51,221 nt of DNA from a virus. Lineage: Duplodnaviria > Caudoviricetes. Below, in pieces: positions 1-5,676 of this stretch. The stretch is from IMG/VR virus record IMGVR_UViG_3300026187_000022, positions 1 to 51,221 of that record. One strand, 5' to 3'. The notes below the pieces were generated by a model. That model saw nothing but the letters and a program-made list of their open reading frames with translations. It did no database searches and was not told where the DNA came from. Within the stretch, counting starts at the first letter, position 1. Every line of letters begins with the position of its first letter. Made by a program: the position numbers and the translations under genes.

Positions 1-1
1 T

Positions 2-649
2 ACTGTAAATGTCGATAAAATCGGTACTTACATGAGAATCACTGGAGAGATGCTAGATGATATTAAGCAATTAACATCATATCTATCAGCTAGAGTACCA
101 GAAAAAGTACTTTCTGTAGAGGATAATGAAATCTTAAATGGAGATGGATCATCGCCAAACTTAGATGGATTATTCACTGATGGAACTGCATTTGCTGCTG
201 GCGGATTTGCTTTAGCTATTGAATCAGCTAATGAGTTTGACGTGCTTACAGTTGCTTTAAACCAACTAGCACTAGCTAACTACCAGGCGGATACAATCCT
301 TTTAAATCCAACTGATTTACACAAAATGATCTTGTTGAAATCTACTGCTAATGAGTATTTGAGAAATCAAATCTTTAGCGGTTTACAGCCAACAATCAAT
401 GGTATCCCTGTAACAGTTAATACTGCTGTAACAGCTGGAAAATTCTTAGTAGGAAATCTACGCCAAGCTAGCCAACTCTGGATCAGAGAAAACCTAGCTG
501 TAGAATTTTCTCGCGAGGACAGCGATAACTTCCAGAAAAACTTCGTAACTGTCCGGGCCATGGAGAGATTGGCACTTACTAATTATTTGCCTAATGCGAT
601 TGTACAAGGAACTTTCTCAACTGCTAAAGCCGCTTTAGAAACTGCATAA
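2..649 (+). CDS. Major capsid protein, HK97 fold (5'-truncated, copy 1)
   Basis: Open from the window edge. Matches the C-terminal half of 34131..35336 with 6 differences in 205 aa. Confidence 0.95.
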   Translation, partial: TVNVDKIGTYMRITGEMLDDIKQLTSYLSARVPEKVLSVEDNEILNGDGSSPNLDGLFTDGTAFAAGGFALAIESANEFDVLTVALNQLALANYQADTILLNPTDLHKMILLKSTANEYLRNQIFSGLQPTINGIPVTVNTAVTAGKFLVGNLRQASQLWIRENLAVEFSREDSDNFQKNFVTVRAMERLALTNYLPNAIVQGTFSTAKAALETA

Positions 650-688
650 GTAGTAGATATAGCTAAATAGCATAGTGAGAATTATGAT

Positions 689-721
689 AAAGAGGGTAGC
701 CTTAATTGGTTGCCCTTTTTT
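689..721 (+). terminator. Intrinsic terminator after capsid gene
   Basis: aaagagggtagcc-ttaatt-ggttgccc followed by a T run. Conserved at 35377-35409 with the stem preserved. Confidence 0.85.
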
Positions 722-748
722 GCTTTATAGAAATAAATTGTAAATATT

Positions 749-779
749 TTTGCAATATGATAATATTTTATTACTTTTG
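749..779 (+). promoter_or_regulatory. Bacteroidota sigma-A type promoter (-33 TTTG / -7 TAnnTTTG)
   Basis: TTTG 749-752, 19-nt spacer, TACTTTTG 772-779. Conserved at 35437-35467. Confidence 0.8.
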
Positions 780-799
780 AATAAATCAAACTAATTATT

Positions 800-964
800 A
801 TGAAAAAATTAATTCACAAAATCACGAACTCTACGGAGTGGGAAGTTTTAGAAGAGCTAACAAAGCCTAAGATTATTTTAGGCGCAATAGTTTTTAATGT
901 TATGGCTTATGTTTCGATGTATGCCTTTTTAGATTTAATACTTTTTATCTATTACGATTTATAA
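800..964 (+). CDS. 54-aa membrane micro-protein
   Basis: MKKLIHKITNSTEWEVLEELTKPKIILGAIVFNVMAYVSMYAFLDLILFIYYDL, with a C-terminal hydrophobic segment. Same length in copy 2. Confidence 0.8.
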   Translation: MKKLIHKITNSTEWEVLEELTKPKIILGAIVFNVMAYVSMYAFLDLILFIYYDL

Positions 965-967
965 ATT

Positions 968-1114
968 ATGGATTTGCAGCAAAGGGTAAGGATTGTTTTA
1001 ATAGTGGGATTTATTGCCTGGGGATTTTCCCTGGGCATTAGATTCCAGGCGATATGGGATGCCATAGTTATGTTTTTGATTTCATTTACTTTAATACGAT
1101 ATAACAATGGATGA
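968..1114 (+). CDS. 48-aa micro-protein with two predicted TM helices
   Basis: MDLQQRVRIVLIVGFIAWGFSLGIRFQAIWDAIVMFLISFTLIRYNNG. Conserved in copy 2. Confidence 0.8.
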   Translation: MDLQQRVRIVLIVGFIAWGFSLGIRFQAIWDAIVMFLISFTLIRYNNG

Positions 1115-1241
1115 TCCGTATGATTTTTATTTAAAAAGCATTGAGAATCTGGTGAGCAAAATGCAGCCAGCAGATTATTTGTATCTTAGTGATAAGATAT
1201 GGGATTTTGCCGATAGGCTAGAGGAAATTAAAAAGAGATAG
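1107..1241 (+). CDS. 44-aa acidic/helical micro-protein
   Basis: MDDPYDFYLKSIENLVSKMQPADYLYLSDKIWDFADRLEEIKKR. Overlaps the previous stop. Same length in copy 2. Confidence 0.78.
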   Translation: MDDPYDFYLKSIENLVSKMQPADYLYLSDKIWDFADRLEEIKKR

Positions 1242-1243
1242 GT

Positions 1244-1366
1244 ATGGAATTTTATCCGCACACACCGCCAGATGATTACGAGGGAGGCTATTGCAGAGTT
1301 TGTGATCGCCCAACGTATGGTGAAGATATTTGCAGCGCAACTTGCTTTGAGGCATTTATGCTGTGA
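1244..1366 (+). CDS. 40-aa zinc-finger micro-protein (CxxC-x9-CSxxC)
   Basis: MEFYPHTPPDDYEGGYCRVCDRPTYGEDICSATCFEAFML. All four Cys are kept in copy 2. Confidence 0.8.
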   Translation: MEFYPHTPPDDYEGGYCRVCDRPTYGEDICSATCFEAFML

Positions 1367-1392
1367 TGTTTTGTTCTTTTTTCATTTGAAGT

Positions 1393-1427
1393 AAACCCTA
1401 GGTAAAATACTATCTAGGGTTTTTTTT
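1393..1427 (+). terminator. Intrinsic terminator
   Basis: aaaccctag...ctagggttt stem plus T run. Conserved at 36076-36110. Confidence 0.85.
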
Positions 1428-1428
1428 G

Positions 1429-1436
1429 TAGCTTTG
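1429..1436 (+). promoter_or_regulatory. -7 promoter element TAGCTTTG
   Basis: Directly after the terminator and 5 nt before the GTG start. Conserved at 36112-36119. Confidence 0.6.
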
Positions 1437-1441
1437 AGTTC

Positions 1442-1816
1442 GTGGACAATAACCAGAGAGGTTGTTTGGCGGAATACTTATTCGCCACTGAGTGCATGAA
1501 ACGTAACTACCAGGTATCCATGCCTCTTATAGATTCATCCCTTTACGATTGTATAGTGGATACAGGGCATCGCCTCCTAAAGGTTCAAATAAAATCATCT
1601 ACAAAAACTCCCTCTAATGATCGCCAGAATAGCGTTAATGTACCTATCCAAAACAATAAACGTAGCTACACTAAAGATAGCATTGATTATTTTGCGGTAT
1701 GGAGTGATTTCTATAATGGGTGGTTTATTTTTAAAAATACTGGAAAAATGCAATCGATAAGAGTTTCGCTAACTGGTAAGAACAAAAAATATTTTAATAA
1801 CTTTGCATTTGAGTAG
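1442..1816 (+). CDS. PD-(D/E)XK endonuclease (group I intron/I-Ssp6803I-like family)
   Basis: GxxAE...YDCIVD...KVQIKS motif pattern, GTG start. Confidence 0.8.
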   Translation: MDNNQRGCLAEYLFATECMKRNYQVSMPLIDSSLYDCIVDTGHRLLKVQIKSSTKTPSNDRQNSVNVPIQNNKRSYTKDSIDYFAVWSDFYNGWFIFKNTGKMQSIRVSLTGKNKKYFNNFAFE

Positions 1817-1853
1817 AAAATTTTTTCTATCATAGTTTGTTTGGTTTACTATT

Positions 1854-1885
1854 AAAGCGCTACAATTACAGTGGCGCTTTTTTTT
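1854..1885 (+). terminator. Intrinsic terminator
   Basis: aaagcgctac-aattaca-gtggcgcttt plus T run. Conserved in copy 2 at about 36537-36569, where it is followed by TATCTTTG. Confidence 0.85.
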
Positions 1886-1910
1886 GATCTTTGTAGTAAA
1901 TATATTCATT

Positions 1911-2108
1911 ATGAAAATTAAAATGATTAAAGATGTTTACTCTGGTGCTGGGTGGCGCAAAGAGGGTGAAATCTTAGAGCTGGATCCTAAAGTAGCACGC
2001 CAATACATCATAAAGGGTATCGGTGAGGAGTATAAAGAGGAGAAAGCAGTAAAGGAAACCAAAGAAGCTAAAACTCCTAAAAAGCGTACCACTAAAGCTA
2101 AGAAATAA
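1911..2108 (+). CDS. Small basic head-associated hypothetical protein
   Basis: ATG at 1911 is preferred over TTG 1884. Lys-rich C-tail. Coupled to the head-tail connector (TAATG). Confidence 0.75.
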   Translation: MKIKMIKDVYSGAGWRKEGEILELDPKVARQYIIKGIGEEYKEEKAVKETKEAKTPKKRTTKAKK

Positions 2109-2614
2109 TGCACGATATTAAGATCAACTCTGTAACTGGCAGTGAAGTAGTAACTACTCAGAATGTAAAAGATTTTGTTCGCATCGATACTAGCGCAGAT
2201 GATACTATCATAGATCAGATGATTACAACTGCTAGAGAATGGTGCGAAAACTATATTGGAAAAGATATAGTGGCAAAAAATAGAACATTCTACCTCCAGG
2301 AAGTTGATCAGCGCTTTACTTTGCCATTTGCGCCCATTACCTCAATTTCATCAGTTACATCTGAGGGAACTGCTGTAGATTATGATACCTATGGTTTAGA
2401 TGATACTATTATCCAAATAGGATCACTACCAGCTAAAGAGGTAAAGGTAACCTATATTACTAGCGGATTAACTCATGAGCTTGTAAAACACGCTATATTA
2501 CATTTAGTATCGAGCCTTTATGATTACAGAGCTGATTTTGTAGAGGGCGCTGTAAATGAAGTTCCAGTAAAAACTAAAGATATTTTGCAATCATTTAAAA
2601 CGATGTATTTCTAA
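2108..2614 (+). CDS. Head-tail connector (gp6/gp15-like)
   Basis: VKDFVRID...DDTII...TAREWCENY...AILHLVSSLYDYR pattern, located after the capsid gene. Confidence 0.88.
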   Translation: MHDIKINSVTGSEVVTTQNVKDFVRIDTSADDTIIDQMITTAREWCENYIGKDIVAKNRTFYLQEVDQRFTLPFAPITSISSVTSEGTAVDYDTYGLDDTIIQIGSLPAKEVKVTYITSGLTHELVKHAILHLVSSLYDYRADFVEGAVNEVPVKTKDILQSFKTMYF

Positions 2615-2941
2615 ATGGGAGCTGGTAGATTAAATACTAGAATCGAAGTAAAAAGATTAACCAAAACATCTGATGGGTTTGGCGGTACTACTTCCACAAA
2701 TGCAACTGTAGAAACGCTATGGGCAAACAAAAAGGATGTAAAGGGCGATATAACAGATACTGAGGGTAAACGAGGTCGCCAGGTTTTTATTGAATTAGAG
2801 CTAAGGAAAAAGGCAGCAGATCAAATCCTGGATAATGATCTAATTAAGATAGAGGGCAAAGATGGTTTATATAGAATAAGCGGAATCTATGACAGTAAAC
2901 AGGATTTTTTTACTGTAGTGCAAGCGGTTAAATTAGATTAA
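2615..2941 (+). CDS. Head-tail adaptor/stopper (SPP1 gp16-like)
   Basis: AGRLNTRIEV...DGFGG...TLWA pattern and synteny. Confidence 0.85.
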   Translation: MGAGRLNTRIEVKRLTKTSDGFGGTTSTNATVETLWANKKDVKGDITDTEGKRGRQVFIELELRKKAADQILDNDLIKIEGKDGLYRISGIYDSKQDFFTVVQAVKLD

Positions 2942-3303
2942 TGAGAGTAGAATTAAATAAATCGGATTATAACAAGCTCCAGGCAAAATTAGCCAAGCTC
3001 AAAGGTGTAGATACTCAAGAGCTTTCTACAGAGATTGGTAAAGGCGCTTTAGGTATTGCTAGAGATATGAAAAAGATTGCTCCAGTAGATACTGGCAATC
3101 TAAGAAAAAATATAAAAGCTGTAGTAAATAATAAACAAGCTGAGATAAGATCTGATGCACCATATTCTGGATATGTAGAGTTTGGTAGTAAAAATCCAAA
3201 ACGCCCAGGAGCTGAGATACCATTTTTCTATCCTAGTGTAAACAAAGGAATTAAAAAGATGATAGCTAGTATAGATAATAAAATAAATAACTTACTTAAA
3301 TAA
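2941..3303 (+). CDS. HK97 gp10-like neck/tail-completion protein
   Basis: APVDTGNLRKNI...YSGYVEFG...PFFYP signature. Confidence 0.88.
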   Translation: MRVELNKSDYNKLQAKLAKLKGVDTQELSTEIGKGALGIARDMKKIAPVDTGNLRKNIKAVVNNKQAEIRSDAPYSGYVEFGSKNPKRPGAEIPFFYPSVNKGIKKMIASIDNKINNLLK

Positions 3304-3737
3304 TGGAGGCGATACATTTCATAAGGAGAGCGATTATAAACCGCCTAACAGATGCAATTACTGTTAATGGCAGTTATGTACCAATTTATAATAGAGTGCC
3401 TAATGATGCCTCTGAGCCATATATACGAGTTTACTCAGTAGATTCTAATGAGGTAGATCAGAATGCTGATAGCTTTATGCTAGATTGCGCTACCAGAATT
3501 GAAGTGGTTACATCTTTTATCGGTGATGATGGCGGAGAGCTACAAGCCAATCAAATAGCATCAGAAATATTAGATTTAATCCGCACTAGATCAGATAATT
3601 ATTTCGATTTGAGCGCTGATGGATTTAATGTTTACACTTGCACAAACGAGGGAACGAGCTACCTATATGAAGATGGTGTAGATAAAACGTACTTTAGAGC
3701 TGTATTAAGCATCTCTAACAGAGTAGAACAATTATGA
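3303..3737 (+). CDS. Tail terminator (gp17/DUF3168-like)
   Basis: IYNRVP...PYI pattern and synteny after the gp10-like gene. Confidence 0.75.
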   Translation: MEAIHFIRRAIINRLTDAITVNGSYVPIYNRVPNDASEPYIRVYSVDSNEVDQNADSFMLDCATRIEVVTSFIGDDGGELQANQIASEILDLIRTRSDNYFDLSADGFNVYTCTNEGTSYLYEDGVDKTYFRAVLSISNRVEQL

Positions 3738-3889
3738 AAATGGAGAATTTAAAAATCTGGGGAATTAACTTATCAGCATTAGGGATATCATTAGTGAATA
3801 TAAATTCAATTTTAACAACGCTTGTTCTACTAGCATCATTAGTTTGGACTGTTATACAAATAAGCGATAAACTAAATAAAAGAAAATGA
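3734..3889 (+). CDS. Putative small holin with Met-Lys-Met dual start
   Basis: MKMENLKIWGINLSALGISLVNINSILTTLVLLASLVWTVIQISDKLNKRK: hydrophobic with a basic C-tail. ATGA overlaps on both sides. Conserved at 38417..38572. Confidence 0.7.
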   Translation: MKMENLKIWGINLSALGISLVNINSILTTLVLLASLVWTVIQISDKLNKRK

Positions 3890-4170
3890 GTAGAATCGAT
3901 CTCGATGGCGATGGAAAGGCTGATATCAGCATCTCGCTAACCCAAATAATTACGATAGCTGCTATGTTTGCATCTATTATAGGATCATATTATACACTCT
4001 CAAATAGGATTACTATTGCAGAGGAGGAAGTTTCTAAATTAAAATATAATCAAAAAGAATACACCTGGAAAAACCAGAGAAACCTTGAGGATGAGGTTAA
4101 ATCTATGAAACTCGAAATGAGAGATTTTATGAAAGATTTAGAATGGATCCAAAAGGATAAGCGTAGGTGA
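3886..4170 (+). CDS. Single-TM coiled-coil membrane protein (lysis region)
   Basis: N-terminal DLDGDGKAD loop, a TM helix, then a charged heptad region. Confidence 0.75.
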   Translation: MSRIDLDGDGKADISISLTQIITIAAMFASIIGSYYTLSNRITIAEEEVSKLKYNQKEYTWKNQRNLEDEVKSMKLEMRDFMKDLEWIQKDKRR

Positions 4171-4220
4171 AAACAGGAACTGTAGGAAATACTTTAAACT
4201 TTAATTCAAACACAATAAAT

Positions 4221-4388
4221 ATGGATACAATTATGATTATTATCGCTGGAGTTATTGCAATCTCAGCAATCGCTATGGTATTAGCATCTTATAACATTGT
4301 TAAGGATGAGAACGGAAATAAGATACCAGATTGGGTAGAGGATAAATTTGCCGATATCAAAGAGGAAATTAAAAAGCTAAAAAAATAA
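4221..4388 (+). CDS. Single-TM membrane micro-protein (lysis region)
   Basis: ATG 4221 follows an A-rich leader and is preferred to GTG 4167. TM helix then DENGNKIPDWVED. Confidence 0.72.
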   Translation: MDTIMIIIAGVIAISAIAMVLASYNIVKDENGNKIPDWVEDKFADIKEEIKKLKK

Positions 4389-4391
4389 GCG

Positions 4392-4853
4392 ATGAGATTT
4401 ATCAGCAAACATATCAGCTGGAGGGAAGCAACTCACTCAGCCACAGCGGAGAAAAAAGAGATAGAGAATACTCCAAACGAGGGCGCTGTGCAAAACATGA
4501 AAAAACTTGCCAAAAATGTATTCGAGCCGCTCAGAGAATGGGCAGGCGAGCCGATCAGAGTAAATAGTTTTTATAGATCGCCAGATCTTTGTGATGCAAT
4601 CAGATCAAAGCGTACATCTCAGCACACCAAAGGGCAAGCTATTGATATAGATGCAACTGGTATGAAAACTAATGCAGAGTTATTTAATTACATCAAAGAT
4701 GAATTAGATTTCGATCAATTAATCTGGGAGCATGGGGATGATGATAATCCAGATTGGGTTCATGTATCTTATGTAGGTCCAAGAGCTAATCGAGGCAATG
4801 TACTTAGAGCTGTAAAGAAAGGCAGAAAAACTACATATGAAATCTATGTTTAA
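4392..4853 (+). CDS. Endolysin, peptidase M15 family
   Basis: SFYR...SQHTKGQAID...WVHVSY zinc-peptidase motifs. Confidence 0.92.
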   Translation: MRFISKHISWREATHSATAEKKEIENTPNEGAVQNMKKLAKNVFEPLREWAGEPIRVNSFYRSPDLCDAIRSKRTSQHTKGQAIDIDATGMKTNAELFNYIKDELDFDQLIWEHGDDDNPDWVHVSYVGPRANRGNVLRAVKKGRKTTYEIYV

Positions 4854-5220
4854 ATTTTTATTATCTCTACTGGGCAAAGGCAATAAAGGCAACACTAATT
4901 TAGGTGGTTTAGCTTTAGATATTCGTGAGGCGATAAAAGGCAAAGAGATGGATCCTCAGCGCCTTATAGAACTCCAGGCAGAGATTAATAAAGTAGAGGC
5001 TCAGAATAGGAGTATTTTTGTTAGTGGCTGGCGACCGATGGTCGGCTGGATTTGCGCAGCTGCTTTTGGCTTTCATTATATAGTAATGCCATTGCTGATA
5101 GCTTATACTGACATTGATCCAGTAGAGTTTGATACAAACAGCCTTTTCACAGTACTAATGGGGATGCTAGGTTTAGGTGGATTAAGAACATATGAGAAAC
5201 TAAAAGATAAAACGAAATAA
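4846..5220 (+). CDS. Holin of 3 TMs (GTA holin-like family)
   Basis: NKVEAQ..SIFVSGWRPMVGWIC...LMGMLGLGGLRTYEK. ATG 4846 gives 124 aa, as in copy 2. Confidence 0.88.
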   Translation: MFKFLLSLLGKGNKGNTNLGGLALDIREAIKGKEMDPQRLIELQAEINKVEAQNRSIFVSGWRPMVGWICAAAFGFHYIVMPLLIAYTDIDPVEFDTNSLFTVLMGMLGLGGLRTYEKLKDKTK

Positions 5221-5516
5221 TGGCAACAAAAGATCTATACTCAGCTAATAACTTTCACCGAATGAGCTTTGGTGATTTCGGTATGCGCACTTTGATAAAA
5301 AATACTGAAAACCTTACAACGCCCAGCGGTGAGTATTATTGTATGATAGAGTGCATTATTTCAGCAACTTTTAGCGGCACTAATGATACGCCAGCTGGTG
5401 ATACAGATTTAGTTAATTATGATCTTTTAGATGGGCAGATTATTTATGGCAACTTTACTGATCTAACACTAACTAAAGGGCATATAATAGCTTATTTGCG
5501 CCATGTACCACAATGA
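5220..5516 (+). CDS. Hypothetical virion protein
   Basis: Coupled ORF conserved in copy 2. C-terminal IYGNFTDLTLTKGHIIAY beta pattern. Confidence 0.75.
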   Translation: MATKDLYSANNFHRMSFGDFGMRTLIKNTENLTTPSGEYYCMIECIISATFSGTNDTPAGDTDLVNYDLLDGQIIYGNFTDLTLTKGHIIAYLRHVPQ

Positions 5517-5647
5517 TAGGAGTACAGAGAACATTAAAGCAGAAAGCTGGTAGGTTTCGTAAAAAGGTTATTGAAAAAATAAAAGATCTATTCTGGCATA
5601 GGCGTAATGATAGATTTGAAGATATAGAGGATAATTGGGATAGTTAA
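5513..5647 (+). CDS. 44-aa hypothetical protein
   Basis: MIGVQRTLKQKAGRFRKKVIEKIKDLFWHRRNDRFEDIEDNWDS. ATGA overlap. Mostly synonymous changes in copy 2. Confidence 0.75.
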   Translation: MIGVQRTLKQKAGRFRKKVIEKIKDLFWHRRNDRFEDIEDNWDS

Positions 5648-5654
5648 AAATCCT

Positions 5655-5662
5655 TAAATTTG
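5655..5662 (+). promoter_or_regulatory. -7 promoter element TAAATTTG
   Basis: Intergenic, upstream of the fibre gene. Conserved at 40332-40339. Confidence 0.7.
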
Positions 5663-5676
5663 TAGAAAATACTTAG

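Noticed and set aside
650-690. Possible ncRNA/tRNA in intergenic gaps (also 1817-1853, 28970-29021)
   Set aside because: Only short weak hairpins beside terminators. No cloverleaf or recognisable RNA family.
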